From positions 1,116,001 to 1,180,000 of the forward strand of contig CP128815.1 of the NCBI GenBank assembly GCA_051546255.1: a stretch of 64,000 bases of DNA, read 5' to 3'. This DNA comes from Meyerozyma guilliermondii (taxonomy: Eukaryota). The notes under the pieces are model-generated. The model did no database searches and was not told where the DNA came from. It saw only the letters and a program-made list of their open reading frames with translations. Made by a program: the position numbers and the translations under genes. Shown piece by piece: positions 1 through 11,095 of this stretch; the first letter of the stretch is position 1; each line of letters opens with the position of its first letter.

Positions 1-276
1 ACAGATAGAAAATAATGAGAGAAAATAATTGAAAAAAATATATTTTATAGACAATACGCAAATATGGAAATAACGCAAAACGCAAGTAACGCTCAACTAC
101 CCTATTCACTTGTAAACTTACCGTTTTCGAAGATCCGCCCATTTTTCAGCTTTTCCATTTTCGAATCTTACCCATCTTAATTCGCACCCATTTTCCAGTA
201 TTCGGCTCTGTTTTCGGACCTGCACACAGTATCGTATAATCCCCCACATCATGAAGAGCAGACTTTAACAACAACA

Positions 277-2343
277 ATGCCTCCTCGCAAGAGGTCTTCT
301 GACGGCGATTCAGGAAAGGTGTTATCGTGCCAAAGATGTCGCATACGAAAAGTGAAGTGTGACTTGAAGATACCTTGTACTAATTGCAAAAGATTGGGTG
401 TAGAATGTGAACGGACTTCCTCCGACATGAGAAAGAAACGTCCTCCAGCATCTTATGTGGTTTCTTTGGAAAGACAGGTGCGACTTTTCACCGGCTTCTT
501 TGAGAAATTCAAGTCTATGGACCCAGAAAGCAGAAAAGCTTTTCTTGAGTCCAATTCGTTAGAAGAGTTCTTGAACGAAACAACAGAGCAAGCAGGAATG
601 ACACCTTCTCCAACACAAAATGGTGCTGAAGCAGCAGATAACATCGACGATCCAGTACCCACGCGATCTGTTTATGGTCCTATGTCGGTTTACGATAGCG
701 ATATTGCTTCGAGACATCAAAGACTGGTGAAAAAACGAGAAACGGCGATGATCAATGCACTTAATAAAGATCCCGATATCATTCATTGCTTGAAATTGTT
801 CTTCACGTGGCAGTATCCCGACCATAATATGTTCGTTTTTCGAGAAGCGTTCTTGATAGATTTCTTTAACCCGAAACCTGCTAGTCTCTACTGTTCTCGA
901 GTACTTGTGCTCAGTATATGCTCTTTGGGAGCACGAATGTCTGATAACGAGCTGGTATTCAAGAAATCAAGAAAGTACTACCAGGAGGCTCGTGACATAC
1001 TTCTTGCGCAACTCGAACAACCTTCCATAACTTCTTTGCAGAGCTTCTTGCTTCTAGCTTTTTACGATATTTGCAACGGTTCCAACGCTTCAGGGTGGAT
1101 GCTCTCAGGAAATGCTATACGGATGGGGTTTGATTTGGGATTCCAATTGAACCCAGAAGTGTGGTTTGTACGTTCACAGAGCGATTTGAGTCCTCTAGAT
1201 GTGGCTATTCGAAGCAGAATATATTGGGGCTGCTATATGGCTGACCATTTTATTAGCTTGGTACTTGGACGTCCGTCCTTGCTTAAAATATCTGACGCAA
1301 CCATACCGGAAACAGACCACCTTCCAGACTTGGAGTGGATTGATGATTACATGTATAGAGGTCCCAATGACGAGGGAAAGCCTCGCAAGGAAATGTCAAA
1401 GATTTCTGGAACCTTACGAAATATCACCTCGCTCACGACAATCTCAGAGAACATGCTTAATGATATCTTCACGAGAACGGAAAATGATCCAGACCTTAGT
1501 AATAACGAAGATTTGAATCTTGCGTCTAGGTTGGACAAATTGTCAGAATATAACTATCAGATCAAAGACTGGAAAAGGAAGCTACCAAGTGACTTGCAAT
1601 GGGACCGTCGCTCGCTTGAAGCAACGGGAGAAGACCCAACTTTGCTGACAATACGATACTATTACTACATTTTGGTTCTATGCCTCAATCGTCCTTTTGT
1701 GGGTATAGATGTGGCTATGATCGAGGAACATCATTTGGCTCCTGCCGTGGTATGCATGGAGGCTATAGAAGATTTATACGCTGCTATTCGGCGATTTAAA
1801 CAGATCCATGGAACTCGACGTATGTCGATTTTTATCGTTTACTGCTGCATTCTCTCTATTTCAGCACTTTTATTGATCAATAGAGACAAGCACATTGTCC
1901 CAAAGAAGAGAGAATTATTGCACTTTTTCATGGATATTCTTCAAGATTGTTCAAAAACATGGAAATTGGCAGAAAAATCTTACAAGTTGATCAGGTTAAA
2001 GCTTGGTTACGACGATGATTCCAATCCCTCAACAAACAGCCACGAAAGTATTTCTATTCCCAAAGTACCACTGCATAAAAATTTGACATCGGTCGACCTG
2101 TCAGCTCAACCTTCTCCAGCTGTACAGATAACCGACCTCGGTGGTATCAAGACTGAAGACCCTTCGAGCATTTTGTCTTCGACATCGGTGGAGTCTTACA
2201 ATTCTGAGAACCAGCAGCTACCAATTAACTATAATGAAGACCTAGGCTTTTTTGGTGGACCTCCAGTTCTTATGACATCTGATCTATTCAACGAAGATTG
2301 GGAGTCTCTCTTCCCAAACGATATTTATAGCAAAGAGATTTAA
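277..2343 (+). CDS. Zn(II)2Cys6 transcription factor with fungal-specific TF domain (Tea1/Cha4-like)
   Basis: CQRCRIRKVKCDLKIPCTNCKRLGVEC binuclear cluster followed by a coiled coil; middle homology region with RSRIYWGCYMADHFISLVLGRP. Confidence 0.9.
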   Translation: MPPRKRSSDGDSGKVLSCQRCRIRKVKCDLKIPCTNCKRLGVECERTSSDMRKKRPPASYVVSLERQVRLFTGFFEKFKSMDPESRKAFLESNSLEEFLNETTEQAGMTPSPTQNGAEAADNIDDPVPTRSVYGPMSVYDSDIASRHQRLVKKRETAMINALNKDPDIIHCLKLFFTWQYPDHNMFVFREAFLIDFFNPKPASLYCSRVLVLSICSLGARMSDNELVFKKSRKYYQEARDILLAQLEQPSITSLQSFLLLAFYDICNGSNASGWMLSGNAIRMGFDLGFQLNPEVWFVRSQSDLSPLDVAIRSRIYWGCYMADHFISLVLGRPSLLKISDATIPETDHLPDLEWIDDYMYRGPNDEGKPRKEMSKISGTLRNITSLTTISENMLNDIFTRTENDPDLSNNEDLNLASRLDKLSEYNYQIKDWKRKLPSDLQWDRRSLEATGEDPTLLTIRYYYYILVLCLNRPFVGIDVAMIEEHHLAPAVVCMEAIEDLYAAIRRFKQIHGTRRMSIFIVYCCILSISALLLINRDKHIVPKKRELLHFFMDILQDCSKTWKLAEKSYKLIRLKLGYDDDSNPSTNSHESISIPKVPLHKNLTSVDLSAQPSPAVQITDLGGIKTEDPSSILSSTSVESYNSENQQLPINYNEDLGFFGGPPVLMTSDLFNEDWESLFPNDIYSKEI

Positions 2344-2370
2344 GCTTATTTGTACTAAATTGTATATACG

Positions 2371-4104
2371 TTAACCCGAGTTAGTTTTGGCCAGTAATTC
2401 TGCCTGTTGGACCAAATTTTCAGGCAGATCCATCACATCAAGCATTAATTCGATAACTCTGATCTTATCATTCTTGGCGAACTCGGGGCTTGAAAAAATG
2501 TTGTTCAAATCTTTGATGGTATTGATACGAACATTCTCAATATCCTCTCCTCCAAAAGTCTCCAAGAGTTTCTGGTGTTTCCAAGGCTGAATATTGTTGT
2601 ATTCTGCGGTTTCGCCGTGAATGAGTTTCTCAATAGTATAGCCTGAATTGTTCAAAATGAAGATGTATGGCTTGTTCTTGTAGCGAATCATAGACGATAA
2701 CTCTTGAACAGTCAATTGCAAAGAACCGTCTCCAACAAACAAGATAACTCTATTCTTTGGATCGAACTCCTCAGCAGCCATTACAGCACCACAAGCAGCA
2801 CCAACAGAGTAACCAATCGAGCCCCAAAGCACCTGAGAAATACCCACGGCATTTCTTGGAAATTTGGTTTGGATGATACCGAACGACGAAGTTCCAGTCT
2901 CAGTGATAATGGTATCACCATCACGCAACCAGGTAGAAAGAGCAGACCACAAGTAGTGCTGGGTAAGTTTGGAGGCTGGTTCCACATCTTCCTTGGGGAA
3001 AGGGTCCTTTTTAATTTCAGCAGGTTTATAGTTCTTGATGGCTTCTTTGAGTTGAGAGCTCTTCAAAATCTTGTTCAAAACCTCTTTCATTCTGACATTG
3101 GGGTATTGAGCCTTCTTGATTTTTGTATAGTCGGAGTGGAACTCAACCACATTGCTGGTTTGATATGAGTAAGAGAAGGAACCAGTGTTGAAGTCACTGA
3201 GCATAGCGCCCAATGACAATACCAAGTCTGAGCTTTCGACCGCCTCTTTGGTTTGAGGGTAAGACAACGTTCCAACATAAGTTCCCACAAATCTGTCGTC
3301 GTCTTCGTGGATATGGCGTGAGCCCTTGGCCATTGGTGTAAGAGCAAACTTGAATTTGGTCAACTCAATGAGCTGTTTGGCTTCACGAGTGCAATCGTGT
3401 CTAGCAGCACAAGCATCCACCAAGATAACTGGGTCTTTGGCATTGGATATCATATCCAAAACTCTCTCGATAACCTCGGCTTCTGAACCCTCATCATTCT
3501 TGGGCAACGACAAGTCAAGAGGTTTGTCCAACGACTCAATTGGAATCTGAACGTCAACCATATTGGTTGGGAATGCCAAGTAGGTGGGACGCTGGTTCAC
3601 ATATGCCTCTCTGATACAACGGTCGATCTCAGCAGTTGCTTGCGATTCATCATGAAGAATCCCAGTGGTCTGAGTAATATGAGCAGACATATGTCTAAAC
3701 ACATCGAAATTTCCGTTCCCCAACGTATGGTGGAGCAACAATTGCTTCTGCTGAGACGCAATTGAGGGAATTCCAACAATATGGACCAATCCAACATGCT
3801 CAGCATACGCACCCGCCACCCCGTTGAGAGCAGAAAGTTCACCCACACCAAAAGTTGTCACAAGTGCCGCGAGCCCACCGGAACCATCTCCCATGGCACT
3901 CTTGATACGACTGTACCCATCAGCAGCATATGCGGCATTCAATTCGTTGGCGTTGCCTCTCCACTGAAGTCCGTCAACTTCATCGATCTTATCGAGCAAT
4001 GTCAAGTTAAAGTCACCAGGAACCCCAAAGATGGAATTGAGTCCTATGGGCGCTTGGTGGAGTCTTTCGAAGAGATATCTTCCCACGCTGATCGTTTCTG
4101 GCAT
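2371..4104 (-). CDS. Pyruvate decarboxylase family, ThDP-dependent 2-oxo-acid decarboxylase
   Basis: IFGVPGDFNL, NANELNAAYAADGYSR, LLHHTLGNG and ThDP-binding motif GDGSLQLTVQE...NN. Exact paralog not assignable. Confidence 0.93.
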   Translation of the reverse strand: MPETISVGRYLFERLHQAPIGLNSIFGVPGDFNLTLLDKIDEVDGLQWRGNANELNAAYAADGYSRIKSAMGDGSGGLAALVTTFGVGELSALNGVAGAYAEHVGLVHIVGIPSIASQQKQLLLHHTLGNGNFDVFRHMSAHITQTTGILHDESQATAEIDRCIREAYVNQRPTYLAFPTNMVDVQIPIESLDKPLDLSLPKNDEGSEAEVIERVLDMISNAKDPVILVDACAARHDCTREAKQLIELTKFKFALTPMAKGSRHIHEDDDRFVGTYVGTLSYPQTKEAVESSDLVLSLGAMLSDFNTGSFSYSYQTSNVVEFHSDYTKIKKAQYPNVRMKEVLNKILKSSQLKEAIKNYKPAEIKKDPFPKEDVEPASKLTQHYLWSALSTWLRDGDTIITETGTSSFGIIQTKFPRNAVGISQVLWGSIGYSVGAACGAVMAAEEFDPKNRVILFVGDGSLQLTVQELSSMIRYKNKPYIFILNNSGYTIEKLIHGETAEYNNIQPWKHQKLLETFGGEDIENVRINTIKDLNNIFSSPEFAKNDKIRVIELMLDVMDLPENLVQQAELLAKTNSG

Positions 4105-4334
4105 TTTTTAGGTGGTTGCTGAAAAGAAAAACGGAGCTTCTATTTATCTGGCGCACCTGCAGCTTAATTGCTATGGTGGTTGCAGGTTGCATACGGACCG
4201 AATATGCAAGATGACAACAAAGTGATGTAAGAAAAAGAGAAAAGAGAAAGAAACAAGAAGAACCGCCATTAGAAGGTAGTATTCTTGCAGCAGGTCTATG
4301 GCTAGAGACCAAGGGAGAGGTTGCAAAAAAATAA

Positions 4335-4408
4335 TGATCATGCCCAGGATCGAACTGGGGACGTTCTGCGTGTTAAGCAGATGCCATAACCAACTAGACC
4401 ACACGACC
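4335..4408 (-). tRNA. tRNA-Val(AAC)
   Basis: Reverse complement GGTCGTGTGGTCTAGTTGGTTATGGCATCTGCTTAACACGCAGAACGTCCCCAGTTCGATCCTGGGCATGATCA folds to a cloverleaf; anticodon loop TTAACAC; oligo-T terminator follows. Confidence 0.96.
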
Positions 4409-4481
4409 ATTTCTGGAACTAGAACCATTGCTAGCCAACATCAGGCCTATAGAGACTGTAACCTCAGCTATATTACATTTA

Positions 4482-6134
4482 TTAGTCGTCTCTCCATATA
4501 GAGTCATGTACAAAGAACAACCAACTGAACCGGTTCCAGCTGGAAATCACACCTATTCCACAATACACGCTCACCATCATTAATTTGAGAAACTCCATGT
4601 TTTTGAGTGCACTGTACTTGTGTTCGAAAACGTCAATTAAACTCACAAGAACCACCAATGGCACCAATCCTAGTATGTAGCCGTTTATAACTCTCTCCAA
4701 CAAGTAGCCTGAGCGCGCAACAGCTCGCTTTGGGATCCTGGAAACATTTCTGAAAAGGTAGTAAAAGATTATCGACCACAATAAAGTGAATACCACTTTG
4801 ATGAGCCATTCCTCGCTAGTAAAGATCAAGGGGAATAGCGAAACGTAACCACAGCTTGCAAGCAAGTTGAAAGCGCTGAGTAGCTGGCGGTCCCGAGTAA
4901 CCACAAATGTCATTGGGAATATTATGAGTAGTATGGCCTTTTCATGAACATGCCAACCGAATAAAAACGAGGCAAAACCACACGAAGTGAGTGCTCCCAC
5001 AAACCTATGGAAAGTGGGTTGCAAAAATAACGGGATCAAGGCCATCACTTGGTAGAAGAGTGTCAAGATGAACGTCATTTGTGGAGTGATTGTGGGAAGT
5101 ATAAAAAACCCGTTATCTCCAATTAATCCTCTTGTAGACAGCCTCAATTTCTCTGTGTCTTCAAGCAAGCTCGGGTTAAATTTGAAGGTTTTTTGCAAGG
5201 CAAGCTGAGTATATGGCACTCTTTTATACACCTGGATAAGGACCCTGTCAAAGAAAGAATAAATTGCCCACATATTAGGGGCCCAATAAGCATGGTTGAG
5301 ACCTCTGCTAAATGGGAAAAGACGTTCCATCAACGCGGGCATGACGTCAAAGTAAATGAACGGACCGAAAGCCACGGTAAATACTGCAATAACCACAGAT
5401 CCCAACTTGAACAAATTTTTCCACCGTACTGTGGCCAAAATTCTGCTTGGAAGGTTCTTTTTGTTGGGATTGAGGTTCAAGCAGTAAGCACGAAGCAAGA
5501 ACACAAATACTGCCGGCGCAAGATACAAGTATATGTGTTTGAAGCATAAAAGAAGCGAAAACCAGAAACCACACATCAAGTATTTTTTCAACCGGGCACT
5601 ATTGATCATCATGATGAAGAATCCGTACATCATACCATTATACTGGAAATGAATATGATCAATGATTAAAAGTCCAGGTGACAATACCAAGCTCGCAGCC
5701 ACCACAAAGTAACGTCTGGCTTCACTACGGCCATTGCTAGAGTCCACACACCACTGGAGGGACAAAAACAAAACAATCTCACTGACAATTACCGATAATC
5801 TTTGAAACATTACCGTTGGTAGACTGTAAACGCCTTTCTCTACTATAGCCAAACATCCATCTCGCTTGACGAAATTAGGAACAAGATGAGATAACACCCA
5901 TTCGAAGTATGCAAAAAATGGTGGGTAATCTAGAGTCCATTGACTCGTGTTTTCAACGTACCATTTTGAAACTGGTAAATTATACGTGATCGCTAACCAA
6001 TTTCGATGAACGTCAAAATCAGTCGAATGATATCCAATGGAAAGCAATGCCTTTATAGCAAGGGAAACGATCCAGATATTCCATAGTGAGTACCGAGTGG
6101 ACTCTGGAACAGTGGCGCTGGCACTGGATGACAT
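4482..6134 (-). CDS. ALG8: Dolichyl-PP-Glc1Man9GlcNAc2 alpha-1,3-glucosyltransferase
   Basis: YHSTDFDVHRNWLAIT, WTLDYPPFFAYFEW, DHIHFQYNG, RLFPFSRGLNHAYWAPN, WHVHEKAIL; multiple transmembrane segments. Confidence 0.95.
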   Translation of the reverse strand: MSSSASATVPESTRYSLWNIWIVSLAIKALLSIGYHSTDFDVHRNWLAITYNLPVSKWYVENTSQWTLDYPPFFAYFEWVLSHLVPNFVKRDGCLAIVEKGVYSLPTVMFQRLSVIVSEIVLFLSLQWCVDSSNGRSEARRYFVVAASLVLSPGLLIIDHIHFQYNGMMYGFFIMMINSARLKKYLMCGFWFSLLLCFKHIYLYLAPAVFVFLLRAYCLNLNPNKKNLPSRILATVRWKNLFKLGSVVIAVFTVAFGPFIYFDVMPALMERLFPFSRGLNHAYWAPNMWAIYSFFDRVLIQVYKRVPYTQLALQKTFKFNPSLLEDTEKLRLSTRGLIGDNGFFILPTITPQMTFILTLFYQVMALIPLFLQPTFHRFVGALTSCGFASFLFGWHVHEKAILLIIFPMTFVVTRDRQLLSAFNLLASCGYVSLFPLIFTSEEWLIKVVFTLLWSIIFYYLFRNVSRIPKRAVARSGYLLERVINGYILGLVPLVVLVSLIDVFEHKYSALKNMEFLKLMMVSVYCGIGVISSWNRFSWLFFVHDSIWRDD

Positions 6135-6236
6135 TTTGGTGTGAGATCACTGGGTGATATTTTCCCACTCTGAAATATACACCAGTGCCGCTCCAGAAGT
6201 ATATATGCTCACCGAAAGCAAATTGACATCAAGAAA

Positions 6237-6309
6237 GCCTGGCTAGCTCAATGGCTAGAGCGTGTGACTTTTAATCACAAGGTTGCGGGTTCGACCCCCG
6301 CGTCGGGCT
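6237..6309 (+). tRNA. tRNA-Lys(TTT), intronless
   Basis: GCCTGGC/GTCGGGC acceptor stem; TGTGA-CTTTTAA-TCACA anticodon arm (TTT at 6270-6272); GGTTCGACCCC T-arm; T-run downstream. Confidence 0.95.
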
Positions 6310-6397
6310 CTTTCTTTTTTCCTTTTTTTTTCGCAAACTCAAAACCTGCAGATAGCACACTAAAACCTTGTTCAGCCAAAAATTTCAGTACCTCGAA

Positions 6398-7846
6398 ATG
6401 CCTGAAGAACCTGTTGACTCTGACGCCTCCAAGCTTCTCGAATCGTTGTCAATCAACAAGCAAGGCGATTCCGCTCCCATAAAAGATGAGAAACCCGTAG
6501 TCGAATCGGAAAATAAAGTTAGTGATGAACAAAACAGTGAACCTACAAAAGAACCAGAAACGAAAACCGAGACTGAAAACAATGATTCCAACTTGATCTC
6601 ATCGTCTTACGAAGTGCAAGTGAAGCTTGCGGACTTACAAGCCGACCCCAACTCTCCGTTGTACTCCGTCAAATCTTTTGAAGAACTTGGATTATCTCCC
6701 GAATTATTGAAAGGTTTATACGCCATGAAGTTCAACAAACCATCCAAAATTCAAGAGAAAGCATTGCCTTTGCTCATTTCTAACCCTCCAAAGAACATGA
6801 TTGGCCAGTCTCAATCCGGTACCGGTAAAACTGCCGCGTTTTCCTTGACGATGTTGAGTCGAGTTGATGTAAACGATCCCAACACTCAATGTATTTGCTT
6901 GTCACCCACCAGAGAACTCGCTAGACAGACTTTGGAGGTGATAACGACCATGGGAAAATTCACCAAGGTGACCACACAATTGGTGGTTCCACAAGCTATG
7001 GAGAAAAATCAAGGTACTCAAGCTCATATTGTGGTGGGTACTCCCGGTACTCTCTTGGATATGATAAAAAGAAAGCTTTTGAGAACTGGTAAAGTCAAGG
7101 TTTTCGTCCTAGACGAGGCAGATAATATGTTGGATGGACAAGGTCTTGCAGCTCAGTGTATCAGGGTCAAGAAAGTACTTCCTACTTCTTGCCAATTGGT
7201 ATTGTTTTCTGCCACTTTCCCCACCGAAGTGAGAAAATATGCCGAGAAGTTTGTTCCAAATGCTAATTCTCTCGAATTGAAACAGGAAGAATTAAATGTT
7301 GATGCAATCAAGCAACTATACATGGATTGCGACTCCGAGAAGCACAAGGCCGAAGTGCTTTCTGAGTTATATGGATTATTAACCATTGGATCTTCAATCA
7401 TCTTTGTGAAGACGAAAGCCACTGCCAATTACCTCTATGCCAAAATGAAAAGCGAGGGCCATGCTTGCTCGATTTTGCATTCAGATTTAGACAACAGTGA
7501 AAGAGACAAATTAATCGACGATTTCCGTGAGGGAAGATCCAAAGTCTTAATCACGACAAATGTCCTTGCTCGTGGTATTGACATTGCATCGGTGTCGATG
7601 GTGGTGAACTACGATATTCCTGTCGACAAGGACGACAAACCAGACCCTTCTACTTATTTGCATAGAATTGGTAGAACCGGTAGATTTGGCCGTGTTGGAG
7701 TTGCGGTTTCGTTTGTTCACGATAAAAAGTCATACGAAGATTTAGAGCAGATACGGTCTTACTTCAATGACATCGAGATGACAAGAGTTCCCACAGACGA
7801 CTGGGATGAAGTGGAAAAGATTGTGAAGAAGGTACTCAAAAAATAG
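6398..7846 (+). CDS. DBP5: DEAD-box RNA helicase for mRNA export
   Basis: [43 protein letters not shown]; first ATG at 6398 (the track starts at a TTG). Confidence 0.96.
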   Translation: MPEEPVDSDASKLLESLSINKQGDSAPIKDEKPVVESENKVSDEQNSEPTKEPETKTETENNDSNLISSSYEVQVKLADLQADPNSPLYSVKSFEELGLSPELLKGLYAMKFNKPSKIQEKALPLLISNPPKNMIGQSQSGTGKTAAFSLTMLSRVDVNDPNTQCICLSPTRELARQTLEVITTMGKFTKVTTQLVVPQAMEKNQGTQAHIVVGTPGTLLDMIKRKLLRTGKVKVFVLDEADNMLDGQGLAAQCIRVKKVLPTSCQLVLFSATFPTEVRKYAEKFVPNANSLELKQEELNVDAIKQLYMDCDSEKHKAEVLSELYGLLTIGSSIIFVKTKATANYLYAKMKSEGHACSILHSDLDNSERDKLIDDFREGRSKVLITTNVLARGIDIASVSMVVNYDIPVDKDDKPDPSTYLHRIGRTGRFGRVGVAVSFVHDKKSYEDLEQIRSYFNDIEMTRVPTDDWDEVEKIVKKVLKK

Positions 7847-7890
7847 TTGACCTACAATAGAATTACTTAATTTACATCATATATACAAGA

Positions 7891-8889
7891 TTAATTCAAA
7901 TCAAATGATTGTCTAAATCTGGATGGAGCTCTGGCTTGGACCACATCCCAGTCGATACACTTCCAGAGATTATCCAAGTATTGTTGCTTGCCAAACACAC
8001 CATAGTCGAGCAAGTAATTTCTAGACGACGAGTCGATCGCAAGCAAGGGAATAAGTTTTCTATCTGAAAAAAGTGTAGCAGCTTCTGCCTCTTCAATGCT
8101 TCCCAAACGAAGGTTATCGCCTTGATCTTTAATTGTGGTTCCTTCTTCCTTATTTTGCAAAGCAAGATTAGCAGCCTTCTGCTTGTTAAGTTTGGTTATC
8201 TGACCCGATCTGATGGAATCATCGACAATTCCGGCATTATAAGTGTTCATCACAGCCAACGTACTGTAGATGACATCAGGCTTACTTTTATTAATGCTAC
8301 CACGAAGCGCCAGGTCGGCATGGTTAGCTCTAGCCACCAACCAGGTCACACCATCTCCCTTGATACCCTTTGCAGAATTTAAGAGCAAAGTTCTAAACTC
8401 GGCCATCGATCCAAACGAGTCAATTATCCATTGTCTGAGTTCGGTGTCACTAGGTTCATTAGGAATGGTTTCGCTTATTTCTGGGGACTTCAACAACGAC
8501 TCGGCAGAAGCCTTCTCGATGGCAGAATCTCCACCTTCAACTGGTTTTACAGACTCCAAAAAGAATTGCAAATTGTGCAAAAGCGAAGCATAAGCATGCA
8601 CACCATAAAGCTCTGGTTTATGAAATGATAATGATATGAGCTCATTGAGCTCGTGAGAGCCAACAATTTGATTCTGTTCTATGAGGGTATTGAGGTGATC
8701 AATAAGATGCTGACCTCTCTTGAACCACAATTCATTGACGGTTTGATTTGAAAAAAGTCCATTCAAATTCTGGTTTCCAACTCTCAAGTTTTCCAAAAGA
8801 GGTATTGTGGGCAACGTGTACGATAATCCCCTACTGGACAATCGAGTCACCGATGCTATGGGCAAATTTTTGCCGCATGTCCTATACAT
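7891..8889 (-). CDS. MRP1: Mitochondrial small-subunit ribosomal protein mS43 (SOD-like fold)
   Basis: FGSMAEFRTLLLNS, GDGVTWLVAR, NTYNAG and PLLAID...DYGVFGK match yeast Mrp1; basic presequence from ATG 8889. Confidence 0.88.
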   Translation of the reverse strand: MYRTCGKNLPIASVTRLSSRGLSYTLPTIPLLENLRVGNQNLNGLFSNQTVNELWFKRGQHLIDHLNTLIEQNQIVGSHELNELISLSFHKPELYGVHAYASLLHNLQFFLESVKPVEGGDSAIEKASAESLLKSPEISETIPNEPSDTELRQWIIDSFGSMAEFRTLLLNSAKGIKGDGVTWLVARANHADLALRGSINKSKPDVIYSTLAVMNTYNAGIVDDSIRSGQITKLNKQKAANLALQNKEEGTTIKDQGDNLRLGSIEEAEAATLFSDRKLIPLLAIDSSSRNYLLDYGVFGKQQYLDNLWKCIDWDVVQARAPSRFRQSFDLN

Positions 8890-9063
8890 CTTGTTGGTTG
8901 AATGTATTGAGAAAATCTTGAAAATCGTCCAAAGAACCACGGTGGTGCATTGGATGTCTACTAGTCGATTGACACACCTGCCATATATTTACCAAAACAA
9001 ACCACAATAAAGCTATCCAATTTGGCACCAACGCCTATAGTACACTCATGATCGTTAATTACT

Positions 9064-10732
9064 TTATCGTCTGCCAACCTTCAAACTTTTGACCCTTCGT
9101 ATGAGTGAAGATCCACTATTCTCATCACTGTCAAATCCGCCCAATGATGGTCTTCTGCCGTCGCCGTTGCCGGCAACGGATGTGTCATGAGAGTTTCTTC
9201 GCGTATTACTCTCACTGCTGCTGTTCTTCCGCAACCTTTGCACCAACGACTTTTTGCGACCCAATCCACCTCCACTCACACTCAAGTAGTCATCATGGCC
9301 AGTTTTAGGAGCTGGGGCACCATCAACAAACGTAGACGATCCCAAACCTTCAGTAACAGATCCATGGACGGGCTGTAGTTTTCCAGTAGAGTCAAAATTC
9401 GTCACCGAAGGATTTTGCTTGGGGGTGTACATCGTGGACTGCGGGTCATCTTCCGTACGGTTTGTCTTGATCACAGGAACAGCATCTGGTCTTCCTGAGT
9501 TTTCCTCGTAGTTACCAAAGGCAAGGTTCATTTGCTGGTCCTTATCGACGTTCCCGTGCATCCCCTTAATAGAGTTATTGGGCCCATCCACAGGGAATGC
9601 CATGACCGGAGCCTTCTTTGAGTTTTTGTTTCTGTGAGGCGTACAAGCATCAAAGGGTCCGTCATGATGGAAGTTACCACCAAAGAATCCTGTAACATCC
9701 AACTTGTCAATGGTATCCAAATTCTTAGCCTTGACGATTTCAGTTTTCTTAGGAGACTTGTTTCTCGACGATTTATGATGACGATCCCGATCTCTGTCGC
9801 GATCGCGGTCGCGATGTGACTTCTCGTGGTCTCTATCTCTGTGATGATGCCTAGAAGAGGATTTTGGAGCGTCACTATGAGACCTGTGGGGTCTTGACGA
9901 GTGAGGCGCAGCTACGGGAGGAGACATATGGCGCCTGCCTGACAGATGTGACGACGAAGACGAGCTTTTCTCACGAGGGTATTCTGACCGCAGCTTTTCT
10001 CTGCCTGCGACTTCTTCATAGCTAGGAGGAGAGACCGCATCTGGCTTGGGAGGACGTGCCGGTGGGTCTTTTCTGGAGTAGCCCCGCGAAGGGGGAGGGG
10101 TATCATGACGGCTGTTACTGAAATTATCAGTGAGGGCCGAAGCGAACGGATTGTTTGACATTCTTCTGCAATGTTAGTATTTGGAACTACAATGGTAAAA
10201 TCCGAAGATAAGGAGAAGATAAAAGCAACATAACATGAGTCCACCAACTGCAGGTTGGACGCGCAACCGCCTGCAGGTACGTGGTTTCAGGCGTCATTCG
10301 CCACAGACAATGCTGGACTGCAGAGTGAATTAGTCAGATGGCTGGACCATGGAAGGGCCCCAAAAAAGTTCCAAATCATCTGATGGTTTGAATTATCTGA
10401 TGGCTTCATGTTATGCTGCTGTTAGTTAATACGTACCTGTAATTGACACTAGAGTCACTTCCTGCTCTCACTGGCTGGGCTGGCATTTTAGGCCGTGCGA
10501 AAGTCTCGTGCATTGGAGAGGCTCCATTTGCCATGTAATCCTCTTCATCTGAAGACTCCTCAAAGAGTTTTTTGTTCTTGTCCACCCAATCATCAAACGC
10601 AGAGTTCGAGGAGTGTGACAGGCTTCCCAGAGGAACGCCACGACTGGCAGCGTGCTGACGAAATGGGTTATTGGAAGAGAGTCGGCGTAGCGATTCAGCC
10701 GAGGTATAGGAATGATTTGGCTGCTGATACAT
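9064..10732 (-). CDS. PAL1: Pal1/Pal2-family endocytic/cell-morphology protein, two exons
   Basis: Exon 1 10732-10437; intron 10436-10166 (GTACGT...TACTAAC-ATTGCAG); exon 2 10165-9064 joins in frame. Pal1 domain DTIDKLDVTG..FHHDGPFDACTPHRN; an NPF motif in each exon. Confidence 0.88.
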
Positions 10733-11095
10733 TCTGCAGTGGTAAAGATGTGATCGGCCCGTAGATCAGTTGGATCAGGCGAGAATGTTTTGGAATGGTA
10801 TGTGAACTTGACACAAGCAAAAGACGAGATTTCAAGCAAAGCTGAGGATTCAAGCCAATATATAGATGTATTCTAAGCTCTTGTCTCTATACGGCACAAG
10901 GCGGTTATTTACCAACACGATTAAGGTTCTATTGATGAATAATGCTGGTACGCGTAATTTCGTCTAAGCGATCCAAACTTCGTCAACGCGACAGGTTGTC
11001 ATACTGGTTTGGACACGCCGCGACGCCCACACGACCACAGGACGACTTGTCGCACGTGATAATAATGAACGGTGAAGAATTGAAAGTCTATAACC

